Program-made: the position numbers and the translations under genes | The notes under the pieces: model-generated | The model's input: the letters and a program-made list of their open reading frames with translations, nothing else | The model's database searches: none | What the model was told of the DNA's origin: nothing | Shown here: piece by piece, positions 6,203 to 14,498 of the stretch | How positions within the stretch are numbered: position 1 is the stretch's first letter | Layout of the letters: every line of letters begins with the position of its first letter | Origin: Candidatus Rokuibacteriota bacterium | GTDB taxonomy: Bacteria; Methylomirabilota; Methylomirabilia; Rokubacteriales; DASRDR01 | Direction: 5' to 3' | NCBI GenBank assembly: GCA_044866005.1 | Contig: JBIOTN010000082.1 | Span: 1 to 19,017, forward strand | Length of the DNA: 19,017 nt

Positions 6203-7504
6203 CTACGTCGGCGCCCAGGGGCGGCCGAAGGCGTCCTGGTGGACGAGCGCCTCGAGCGGGGGGCGGACGCGCGGCGGCCGCTCGGCGGGGACGCCGACCG
6301 GCATGACCCCCACGAGGTCCCAGGTGCGCGGGCAGTCGATCAGGACCTTCACCTCTTCCTCGATCCAGTGGGTGACGAGCGTCGTCCCGAGGCCGAGGCC
6401 CTCGGCCATGAGGATCACGTTCTGCGCGGCGAGGCCCCCGCCGTGCATGTGGGTCGCCTCCCCGTGGATGTGCGGGCCGCCGCGGGCCGGGTCCGCCAGG
6501 AGGGCGATGGCCAGCGGCGCCCGCGCCCAGTCCGGGTGCTCGCCGCGCCCCCCTCGGTACGCGGGCGTCCAGTGCCCCGAGAGCGCGACGGATTCCTCCG
6601 CCAGCTCGGCGAGCCGCGCCAGCCCGTCGCGGTCCTGGAGGACGACGTGGCGCACGGGCTGGAAGTTCCCTGCCGACGGGGCCCACTGCGCCGCACGGAG
6701 CAGCTCGAAGACGTACTCGGCCGGCACCGGCTCGTCCGTGAAGCGCGTCGCGCTCCGCGCCGCGAGCATGGTCGAGAGGAGGTCGGGCATCGGGACCGCG
6801 GCCTCGCGCGGGCCGAGCAGCGCGGCCGGCGCGGGCGCCCCGTACCGCTCGCCGGAGACCAGCTGCGCGAGCGGCAGGCGGGTCACCGACACGGCCAGGA
6901 CCCGGGGATTGACGCGCCCGAGGTCGGGATAGCCGAGCCCCATCACGCCCGTCACGTCCCAGTCGAAGGGCACGTCGAGGAGCCGCTTGAGCTTCTCCTG
7001 CGAGAAGTGGGTGTACATGACCAGGCCGAGGCCGTGATAGCGCGCGGCGAGGGCCAGGTTCTGCGCCGCGGCGGCGCCGGCCAGGTGATGGTTCCAGCCG
7101 TGGTGGACGTGCCGCGGCCCCGCCGCCGGGTCCACGCACACGGCCACGCAGAAGGGGGTGCTCCCCCAGTGCTGCACGTAGCCGCGGAGGCCCGCGGGCT
7201 TGAAGAGGCCTTCCCAGTGGTTGGAGACGTCCTTGGACTCGCGGCCGAGCCGGAAGAGCGCTCGCTTGAGCGCGGGGTCGTCGAGGACGACGAAGCGCAC
7301 GGGATCGCTGTCGGCGGCGGTCCAGGCCCACCGCGCGGCGTCCAGGATGCTCCGGCGCAGCCCCGGGGCGACCGGTCGCCGCTCGAAGGCGCGGAACGTC
7401 CGCCGGGTGAGGATGCCGCGTCGCACGTCCGGCCGCGGCTCCACCCCGACGTACGGCGACGCCAGCAGCCGCGCGGCGGCGCTTGCCCGGCTGACTACAA
7501 CCAA
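6203..7504 (-). CDS. Tandem (two-domain) nitroreductase-family flavoprotein; start uncertain (7504 TTG or 7444 GTG)
   Basis: Domain 1: ILTRRTFRAF...ILDAARWA...AAQNLALAA...GLG...GLGYP. Domain 2: MPDLL..LAARSATRF...LLRAAQWAPSAGNFQP...AAQNVILMAEGLGLGT...PVGVP. Confidence 0.88.
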   Translation of the reverse strand: MVVVSRASAAARLLASPYVGVEPRPDVRRGILTRRTFRAFERRPVAPGLRRSILDAARWAWTAADSDPVRFVVLDDPALKRALFRLGRESKDVSNHWEGLFKPAGLRGYVQHWGSTPFCVAVCVDPAAGPRHVHHGWNHHLAGAAAAQNLALAARYHGLGLVMYTHFSQEKLKRLLDVPFDWDVTGVMGLGYPDLGRVNPRVLAVSVTRLPLAQLVSGERYGAPAPAALLGPREAAVPMPDLLSTMLAARSATRFTDEPVPAEYVFELLRAAQWAPSAGNFQPVRHVVLQDRDGLARLAELAEESVALSGHWTPAYRGGRGEHPDWARAPLAIALLADPARGGPHIHGEATHMHGGGLAAQNVILMAEGLGLGTTLVTHWIEEEVKVLIDCPRTWDLVGVMPVGVPAERPPRVRPPLEALVHQDAFGRPWAPT

Positions 7505-8520
7505 CCTGGGTCGTCCGTCCAGCGCCCCAGCGCCTTCAGGGCGGCCGTGACGGGCCCGAGGTCGACCACCTGCTCGTAGCTCGGCTTCCTGTCGGCCGCG
7601 ATGTTCCCGATCCGCGCCTGGTTCTCGACGTTGAAGGCGATCATCCGCGGCGGCAGGCCGTCGTTGACGCTCCAGACCCGCCCCCGCACCAGCTCGTCGT
7701 AGGCCGGCGCCAGCTCGTCCCGGCCGTAGCCGGTGAACTCGACCGCGGCGTCGAGGGTCTTGTCGCGGTTCCGATAGATGAACCGGTTGGCCCGGACCAC
7801 CGCCCTGACGAAGCCGGCGAGGGCGTCGGGGTCCTCCTTGAGCTTCTTCTCGCTCGTCACGATGACGTTGTAGAGGGCGTCGGGAAAGGCCTCCCAGAAG
7901 TTCATGAGGTTGTGGAGCGTGGGCTTTCGCTTGATGGCCCGCACGGCCTGCTCGACGTGCATGACGCCGGTGTCCACCTGGCCCGTCACCAGGGCCGGCA
8001 CGCGGCCCGCGGTGGAGGTCGAGATGAACTGGGCGTCGGTCGGCTTGAGGCCCGCCTTGATCAGGGCGCGCCGGCTGAAGATGTCGGCGAAGCCGTTGGG
8101 CTCCTGGATGCCGATCTTCCGGCCCTTGAGGTCAGGCAGCTCCTTGATGTCGCCCTGGACCGTCAGCACCGCCTCGAGCCGCGGCGAGGACGAGTAGATC
8201 AGCCGGATGGGCGCGCCCTTGGCGCGAGCGATGATCGGCGGATCCCCGCTGGTGAGCGCGAGGTCCACCTGGCCCGCGAGCAGCACGCGGAGGGAGCCCA
8301 CCCCGCCCTCGAACGAGATGATGTCGACCTCGAGGCCTTCCTCCTTGAAGTAGCCGAGGTCCTTGGCCAGATACGGCGGGATGTGGACGAGGTTCGGCGG
8401 GGTGACGGCCATGGCCAGCGTGAGCCGCTTGGCGGGCGCCTGGGCGGGCACGGAGGGCACGGAGGCGGCGAGGAGCAGGACTCCCAGGACGGCCATCGAG
8501 GACACGGTGATGCGTCTCAT
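7495..8520 (-). CDS. NitT/TauT (SsuA/NMT1-like) ABC transporter substrate-binding protein
   Basis: ATG at 8520 with GGAGGAG RBS; signal peptide; YLAKDLGYFKEEGLEV, DLKGRKIG and ALVTGQVD motifs. Confidence 0.9.
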   Translation of the reverse strand: MRRITVSSMAVLGVLLLAASVPSVPAQAPAKRLTLAMAVTPPNLVHIPPYLAKDLGYFKEEGLEVDIISFEGGVGSLRVLLAGQVDLALTSGDPPIIARAKGAPIRLIYSSSPRLEAVLTVQGDIKELPDLKGRKIGIQEPNGFADIFSRRALIKAGLKPTDAQFISTSTAGRVPALVTGQVDTGVMHVEQAVRAIKRKPTLHNLMNFWEAFPDALYNVIVTSEKKLKEDPDALAGFVRAVVRANRFIYRNRDKTLDAAVEFTGYGRDELAPAYDELVRGRVWSVNDGLPPRMIAFNVENQARIGNIAADRKPSYEQVVDLGPVTAALKALGRWTDDPGWL

Positions 8521-9287
8521 CTCTCTCCTCCCGGGGCATGACGTCGCCATGGCGCGATCCGGAGCTCGAAGGCGTGAGCCCCGTGGACCAGGAGCACCCC
8601 CATCGTCATGAGCACCACGATGGGGACGAAGAGCTTCGCGGTCTCGAAGGCGTTGGCGTAGCGGACGATCATGTAGCCGAGGCCGGCGATGGAGGTGTAG
8701 AACTCCGCGATCACCATCCCGACGAGCCCGCGGCCGATGGCCAGCCGCACGCCCGCCGCGATGAACGGGAGGGCCGAGGGCAGGACCACGTCGCCCCAGA
8801 GCTGGCGCTCCGTCGAGCAGAAGGCGCGGGCCACCTCCAGGAGCTCGCGGTTCACGCTCTTGACGCCCTGCTGGGTGTTGATCAGCAGCGGGAAGACCAT
8901 GAACAGGAAGACGATGACGACCTTGGCCGGAATCCCGAAGCCGAACCAGAGGACGATCAGCGGGACGAGCGCCACCATGGGGGTGGCGTAGAGGGCGTTG
9001 ATGTAGAGGTCGGTGGCGAGGTCGAGCGTGGTGAACCGGGCGACCAGGATGCCCAGGGGGATGCCGACGGCGACCGACAGGACCAGGCCCGCGGCCAGGA
9101 CCTGGAGACTCTGGCTGAGATACTGCGCGAGCTCCCCGGTCGCCAGGAGCTCCCGGAAGGCCTGGGCGATGGCCGTCGGGTAGGTGAAGAGGATCGGGTT
9201 CACCGACCGCCCGTAGAGCTCCCAGGCCGTCAGGACCGCGGCCAGCGAGCCGAGGCGGATGGCGAGCACGCGGCCGCGGCGGCTCAT
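8517..9287 (-). CDS. NitT/TauT ABC transporter permease
   Basis: MSRRGRV...; P.VAL.PL..LWFG.G; EVARAF...QLW..VVLPSALPFI..GVRLAIG...IAE (EAA-loop region); ATGA overlaps with both neighbours. Confidence 0.92.
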   Translation of the reverse strand: MSRRGRVLAIRLGSLAAVLTAWELYGRSVNPILFTYPTAIAQAFRELLATGELAQYLSQSLQVLAAGLVLSVAVGIPLGILVARFTTLDLATDLYINALYATPMVALVPLIVLWFGFGIPAKVVIVFLFMVFPLLINTQQGVKSVNRELLEVARAFCSTERQLWGDVVLPSALPFIAAGVRLAIGRGLVGMVIAEFYTSIAGLGYMIVRYANAFETAKLFVPIVVLMTMGVLLVHGAHAFELRIAPWRRHAPGGER

Positions 9288-10066
9288 GCCGGCCCCACCC
9301 GGATCCCCGGCGGATCCTGCCGGAGCTGGTCGCGGATGTACGCCCGCAGCTTGATGGCGCGGTCGTCGGCGAGGGTCGGCCCGATCTCCCGCGGGCGGGG
9401 GATCTCGACCGGCAGGATCTCGCGCACCCGTCCCGGCCGCGCCGTCATGAGCACGATCCGGTCCCCCAGCACGACCGCTTCGTCCACCGAGTGGGTCACG
9501 AAGAGGACCGTCTTCGGCTCGCGGTCGAGGATCCGCAGGAGCTCTTCCTGGAGCGTCTCGCGCGTCTGGGCGTCGAGCGCCCCGAAGGGCTCGTCCATCA
9601 GGAGCACGGCGGGGTTCACGGCCAGCGCGCGGGCCAGGCCCGCCCGTTGCTGCATCCCGCCCGAGAGCTGAAAGGGATAGCAGTGCTCGAAGCCCGCGAG
9701 ACCGACCAGCCGCACGTACCGGTCCACGGCCGCCCGGATCTCGGCCGCGGGCGTCCCGAGGAGCTTCAGGCCGTAGCCGATGTTCTGGTCCAGGCGCTTC
9801 CAGGGAAAGAGCCCGAAGTGCTGGAAGACCATCGCGATCCGCGGCGAGGGCCCGCCGGCGGGCCGACCGTCGATCAGCACCTCGCCGCGGTCGGGCGCCA
9901 CCAGCCCGTCGATGACCCGGAGGAGCGTGGTCTTCCCGCACCCCGACGGGCCGAGGATACAGACGACCTCGTGCTCGGCGACGTCGAACGTGAGCCCGTC
10001 GAAGGCCACGACGCCCGCGTCGTCGAACCGCTTGGCGAGGTTGCGGACGGCGATCTTGGCTGGAAT
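9284..10066 (-). CDS. NitT/TauT ABC transporter ATP-binding protein; probable non-canonical ATT start at 10066 (first canonical start is GTG 10009)
   Basis: Walker A GPSGCGKTT, LSGGMQQR, LLMDEPFGALD, FVTHSVDEA. The in-frame segment IPAKIAVRNLAKRF upstream of 10009 matches the first beta-strand of ABC ATPases. Confidence 0.9.
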   Translation of the reverse strand: MPAKIAVRNLAKRFDDAGVVAFDGLTFDVAEHEVVCILGPSGCGKTTLLRVIDGLVAPDRGEVLIDGRPAGGPSPRIAMVFQHFGLFPWKRLDQNIGYGLKLLGTPAAEIRAAVDRYVRLVGLAGFEHCYPFQLSGGMQQRAGLARALAVNPAVLLMDEPFGALDAQTRETLQEELLRILDREPKTVLFVTHSVDEAVVLGDRIVLMTARPGRVREILPVEIPRPREIGPTLADDRAIKLRAYIRDQLRQDPPGIRVGPA

Positions 10067-10110
10067 GGGCGGCGTCTCCCCGTGGGCGGCGCGGCCCCGC
10101 CCCCGCGCTG

Positions 10111-10140
10111 ATCATAGACGACGGCGTTCCCGGCCGGCAA
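10111..10140 (-). promoter_or_regulatory. Candidate sigma70 promoter for the ABC/nitroreductase operon (TTGCCG-N18-TATGAT)
   Basis: Minus strand reads TTGCCG gccgggaacgccgtcgtc TATGAT. Confidence 0.5.
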
Positions 10141-10182
10141 GCGGCGGCGCGGCGCGCGCGCGGCCGGTGCCCCGGGCGGGCC

Positions 10183-10212
10183 TTGACAGCCCCGCAGCCG
10201 GCTGGCTAGATT
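10183..10212 (+). promoter_or_regulatory. Candidate sigma70 promoter for the amidohydrolase operon (TTGACA-N18-TAGATT)
   Basis: Perfect -35 TTGACA at 10183-10188 and TAGATT at 10207-10212, in a very GC-rich intergenic region. Confidence 0.6.
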
Positions 10213-10326
10213 CCAGCCAAGTCCCCGTTCCGGCAACTCGACGGGTCCACTGGCCGCTCGAGGGTGACGCCCGCAGGGGACGCCGTCCCCTCCCCCACGC
10301 TCCGACGCCATCGAGGAGGACGCGGC

Positions 10327-12060
10327 ATGGCGCGTAGAGCCTTCCGCCCGAGCCCGGCGCTCACGGTTCTCGTGCTTCTCCTGGTCGCCCTGCCGTGGGG
10401 CGCGACGTCCCGCGCGCAGACCGGCGCCACGACGCCACCCGATCTCGTCCTGCTCAACGGCAAGATCCTCACCGTGGACCGCGCGTTCGCCGTGAAGCAG
10501 GCCGTGGCGGTCCGCGGCGGCAAGTTCCTCGCGGTCGGCACCACCGACGAGGTCCGCCGCCTGGCGGGACCGGCCACGCAGGTGATCGACCTCAAGGGCC
10601 GCACGGTCGTCCCCGGCCTCATCGACTCCCACATGCACGCCATCCGCGCCGGCCTCACCTACGACCTGGAGCTCCACTGGGAGCCGCTGACGTCGCTCGC
10701 CCAGGGGCTCCAGATGATCCGGGAGCAGGCCGCCCGCACGCCCGCGGGGTCCTGGATCCGCGTCGTGGGCGGCTGGCACGAGACCCAGTTCACCGAGAAG
10801 CGGCTGCCGACCGTCGCCGAGCTCGACGCGGCCGCCCCCGACCACCCGGTCTGGATGCAGCGCCTCTACGAGCGGGTCATCCTCAACACGGCCGCCATGA
10901 AGGCCCTCGGCATCGCCGCCGACACCCCGGATCCGCGCGGCGGGAAGGTCCTGAGGGACGCGGCCAGCCAGCCCACGGGGGTCGTGACCGGGGCCGGGGG
11001 GATCAACGCCTGGTACTTCAAGCTGCCCCAGCCGACCGTCGACCAGCAGATCGAGAGCACGCGCCGCTGGTTCCGCGAGCTGAACCGGGTGGGCCTCACG
11101 GCGATCGGCGACGTCGCCGGGGGCGGCCTCCTCTGGCCGGATGGCTACCGGGCGGTCACGGCGCTCCACGAGCGCGGCGAGCTGACCCTGCGCGTCGCCT
11201 GGTACATGCAGCCCAACCGGCCGGGACGGGAGCTGGAGGTGATCCGCCAGTTCATCGCCGCCGTCCCCCCGAAGAGCGGGGACGACATGCTCAAGCCGAT
11301 CGGCATCGGCGAGCAGGTGCTCGCGACGGTCCACGACGGCGACGCCCTGGTGCCCGTGCCGCCGACGTTCGCCGCGCCGGCGCTCGAGGAGTGGCGGATC
11401 ATCGTGAAGATGATCGCCGAGAGCGGATGGCGCTTCCAGGTCCACGCCACGCGCGACAACTCGGCGCGGCAGCTCCTGCCGGCCATCGAGGAGGTCCACC
11501 GCCAGACGCCGCTCGACAAGCGCCGGCTGGCCTTCGCCCACCTGGAAGACGCGAGCGTCGAGACGATGGAGCGGATCAAGGCGCTGGGGGGCGGCATCAC
11601 GGTACAGGACCGCCTGCTCCTCACCGGCGAGGACGTCCTGAGGAACCTCGGCCCGGGCGTGGCCCGCCGGGCGCCGCCCCTCAAGACGCTGCTCGCGCGC
11701 GGGGTCCCCGTGGGCGGCGGGACCGACTCGACGCGCGTCGCCGCCTATCAGCCCTTCTGGTCCATCTGGTGGCTCGTGACCGGCAAGACGCTCAGCGGGG
11801 AAGTCATCCGCGGCCCCGAGGAGAACCTGAGCCGCGAGGAGGCCCTGCGCGCCTACACCACCGGGAGCGCCTGGTTCAGCTTCGACGAGGACAAGCTCGG
11901 CTCGATCGAGCCCGGCAAGCTGGCCGATCTGATCGTGCTCTCGGCGGACTACCTCACGGTGCCCGAGGACCGGATCAAGGACCTGACCTCCGTCCTCACG
12001 ATCGTGGGCGGGAAGCCGGTCTACGCCGCCGGGGACTACGCGGCGCTGGCGCCGCGCTGA
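10327..12060 (+). CDS. Secreted metal-dependent amidohydrolase (Amidohydro_3 / YtcJ-like)
   Basis: GAGGAGG RBS, signal peptide, DLVLLNGKILT, IDLKGRTVVPGLIDSHMH, QVHA, FAHLE, GGGTD, GSIEPGKLADL. Confidence 0.92.
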   Translation: MARRAFRPSPALTVLVLLLVALPWGATSRAQTGATTPPDLVLLNGKILTVDRAFAVKQAVAVRGGKFLAVGTTDEVRRLAGPATQVIDLKGRTVVPGLIDSHMHAIRAGLTYDLELHWEPLTSLAQGLQMIREQAARTPAGSWIRVVGGWHETQFTEKRLPTVAELDAAAPDHPVWMQRLYERVILNTAAMKALGIAADTPDPRGGKVLRDAASQPTGVVTGAGGINAWYFKLPQPTVDQQIESTRRWFRELNRVGLTAIGDVAGGGLLWPDGYRAVTALHERGELTLRVAWYMQPNRPGRELEVIRQFIAAVPPKSGDDMLKPIGIGEQVLATVHDGDALVPVPPTFAAPALEEWRIIVKMIAESGWRFQVHATRDNSARQLLPAIEEVHRQTPLDKRRLAFAHLEDASVETMERIKALGGGITVQDRLLLTGEDVLRNLGPGVARRAPPLKTLLARGVPVGGGTDSTRVAAYQPFWSIWWLVTGKTLSGEVIRGPEENLSREEALRAYTTGSAWFSFDEDKLGSIEPGKLADLIVLSADYLTVPEDRIKDLTSVLTIVGGKPVYAAGDYAALAPR

Positions 12061-12064
12061 ACGC

Positions 12065-12140
12065 TCGGGGAAGGGGCCTCGACGGCCCCCTCCCGACCTC
12101 CCCCGCTCCGCTGCGGCGGCAAAGCCGCCGCCCGGAGCGG
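12065..12140. repeat. Intergenic double-palindrome (REP-like) element
   Basis: Hairpin A: TCGGGGAAGGGGCC-TCGAC-GGCCCCCTCCCGA (12065-12096). Hairpin B: CCGCTCCG..GCGGCGGC-AAA-GCCGCCGC.CGGAGCGG (12103-12140). No U-tract. Confidence 0.7.
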
Positions 12141-12227
12141 ACCGCCAACCGTTTGAGGTGGGGACATGAGCCTGAGGCGAGAAGCGGCGGTCGGGCGAAT
12201 TGCTCGGGAAGCGCTGAAGGAGTCGCG

Positions 12228-13424
12228 GTGAGGGTCGGGGGCGCCCCGGCCGGGGACCCGGCGGCGGGCGAGGGCCTCTACCCGCGCTTCTCGACCGCCG
12301 AGTTCGCCCGCCGCCAGGCGGCCGCGCGCGCGATGATGGCCCGCGAGGGCGTCGAGGTGCTCGCGGTCTACGGGAACTCGGCCCTCGCCCGGCACAACCA
12401 CGCCGACGTGCACTACCTGTCGGGCTTCCTCGGCAACCGCAACAACTACGTCGTCCTGCCCGCCCGCGGCGCGCCCGTCCTCTTCGTCCAGTCCGAAAAC
12501 CACGTGCCGAACGCGCGCGAGGTGTCGGCCGTCGAGACGCGCTGGGGCGGAACCGACTCCGCGATCGCGGTCGCGGCGTACGCGCGCGAGGCGAGCGCCC
12601 GCGGCCCGCTCGGCTACGTGGGGGAGGTGCCGGTCCAGCACTACCTCACGTGGCAGCGGGAGCTGGCGGGCTGGGACCTGCGAGACGTCACCGGCGCGTT
12701 CCGGCGGCTGCGGCTCCGGAAGAGCGCCGAGGAGCTCGACTGGCTGCGCCGGGGCGCGGGGCTGACGGACGCCGCGCTCCAGCACCTCGCCGACCACGTC
12801 AAGCCCGGCCTGCGGGAGTACCAGCTCGGCGCCCTGATCGAGGAGGCGGCCCTCGGCCGCGGTGGGCTGCCGCACCTCTCCTACATCTCCTCCGGCCCCC
12901 AGGACGGCGCGAGCGCCTGCGTCCCCCGCCAGAACCTCTCGCACCGCGTGATCGAGCGCGGCGACGTCATCAACACCGAGATCAGCGTGAGCTACTGGGG
13001 CTATTCGGGCCAGGCCCACCGGCCGCTCTTCGTCCAGGCCGAGCCGGGCGCGCTCTACCGGCAGCTCTGGGACGTGGCGCTCGAGGCCTACACTCGCTGC
13101 GCGGCCGTGCTGCGGGCCGGCGCCACGGTCGAGGACGTGCTCGACGCCGCCGAGGTGATCCACGCGCGCGGGCTCACCATCAACGACGACCTGCTCCACG
13201 GCTTCGGCATCGGCCTCCTCCCGCCGAACGTCCGCACCCGGCGGACGGCCCACCAGCCCCACCGGCCGTTCACCTTCGAGGCCGACATGTGCGTGGTCGT
13301 GCAGCCGAACGTGGTCACCCCGGACGAGCGCGCCGGGGTGCAGGTCGGGAACCTCTTCCGCGTCACCGAGACCGGGGCGGAGTGCCTGCATGGCCTCCCC
13401 GTGCGCTACTTCGTGACCGGCTGA
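12228..13424 (+). CDS. M24 (creatinase / Xaa-Pro aminopeptidase) fold protein with atypical metal-ligand positions
   Basis: AAGGAG RBS and GTG 12228 (the C-terminal part of the 1009-aa track ORF). FSTAEFARR, RLRKSAEEL, VKPGLRE, ERGDVI, HGFGIG motifs. Confidence 0.87.
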   Translation: MRVGGAPAGDPAAGEGLYPRFSTAEFARRQAAARAMMAREGVEVLAVYGNSALARHNHADVHYLSGFLGNRNNYVVLPARGAPVLFVQSENHVPNAREVSAVETRWGGTDSAIAVAAYAREASARGPLGYVGEVPVQHYLTWQRELAGWDLRDVTGAFRRLRLRKSAEELDWLRRGAGLTDAALQHLADHVKPGLREYQLGALIEEAALGRGGLPHLSYISSGPQDGASACVPRQNLSHRVIERGDVINTEISVSYWGYSGQAHRPLFVQAEPGALYRQLWDVALEAYTRCAAVLRAGATVEDVLDAAEVIHARGLTINDDLLHGFGIGLLPPNVRTRRTAHQPHRPFTFEADMCVVVQPNVVTPDERAGVQVGNLFRVTETGAECLHGLPVRYFVTG

Positions 13425-13442
13425 CCCGGGAAGGAGTCGGCA

Positions 13443-14498
13443 ATGCCGGATGCGATCCTCGACCAGGTCATCACGAGCTGGGAGCCCCGCATCGTCAACA
13501 ACGGCGTCGACATGAACGACTACCACTGGACGGTGGACGGCCTCACGACGTGGGACCAGTGGTACGACGCCTGGATGGGGCTGGGGAAGAAGCACGAGGA
13601 CCTGGCGCTCGCGGCGGCCGCCGAGGGCCGCGCCGTCACCGCGGGCGAGGCCTTCTACCGCGCGGCGATCGGGTACCACTTCGCCACGTTCTGCTGGGTC
13701 CACAACATCGCCGAGTACACCGCGGGCCACGAGAAGCGGGTCGGCTGCTACGCGAAGGCGCTCCCCACGCTCGACCCCCCGGGCGAGCGCGTGGAGTTCC
13801 CGCTGGAGGGGGTCCGGATCCCGGCGTATCTGCGGAAGCCCCGCGGGGTCACGCGGCCGCCCGTCGTGATCTTCCTCTCGGGTCTCGACTCGGCCAAGGA
13901 AGAGCACGCCACGTTCGAGATCTTCTTCCTGCGCCGCGGCCTGGCCACGCTCACGGTCGACGGCCCCGGCCAGGGCGAGGTCTGGTACCAGATGAAGATG
14001 CGCGTGGACTTCGAGGTGACGGCGACCGCGGCCATCGACTACCTGCTCGGCCGCGACGACGTGGACGGGCGGCGGGTCGGGATCTGCGGCGTGAGCGTGG
14101 GCGGCTATTTGGCGCCCCGCTGCGCGGCGTTCGAGCCGCGGCTCAGGGCCGTCGCCTCGTGCGGCGGCCTCCACAGCCTGGAGGACCGGCGCCTCCACGG
14201 CGAGTTCCATCTGCGGCGCTGGATCCACATCTGGGGGGCCAAGGACCACGCCGACGTCCTGGAGAAATCGAAGGGGGCGACCCTCGCGGGGGTGGCCAAG
14301 ACCATCACCGCGCCGCTTCTCGTGGTCCACGGGGAGAAGGACAACCTGATCCCGCCCGAGGACCCCTACCGCACCTACGAGCAGGCCAGCGGCCCCAAGT
14401 GGTGGGTCTGCTACCCCGAGGGGAACCACGTCTGCAACAACATCGTCTACAAGTACCGGCCCCTCGTGGCCGACTTCATGGCCGAGCACCTGGGGTGA
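13443..14498 (+). CDS. Alpha/beta hydrolase, 2,6-dihydropseudooxynicotine hydrolase / FrsA-like family
   Basis: AAGGAG RBS; GLDSAKEE, DGPGQGE, nucleophile elbow GVSVGGY, HGEKD, EGNHVCNN. Confidence 0.87.
   Translation: MPDAILDQVITSWEPRIVNNGVDMNDYHWTVDGLTTWDQWYDAWMGLGKKHEDLALAAAAEGRAVTAGEAFYRAAIGYHFATFCWVHNIAEYTAGHEKRVGCYAKALPTLDPPGERVEFPLEGVRIPAYLRKPRGVTRPPVVIFLSGLDSAKEEHATFEIFFLRRGLATLTVDGPGQGEVWYQMKMRVDFEVTATAAIDYLLGRDDVDGRRVGICGVSVGGYLAPRCAAFEPRLRAVASCGGLHSLEDRRLHGEFHLRRWIHIWGAKDHADVLEKSKGATLAGVAKTITAPLLVVHGEKDNLIPPEDPYRTYEQASGPKWWVCYPEGNHVCNNIVYKYRPLVADFMAEHLG

Noticed and set aside
8517..10115. 532-aa permease ORF with long N-terminal extension
   Set aside because: The extension is an off-frame read of the ATPase gene; the permease starts at 9287 with an ATGA overlap.
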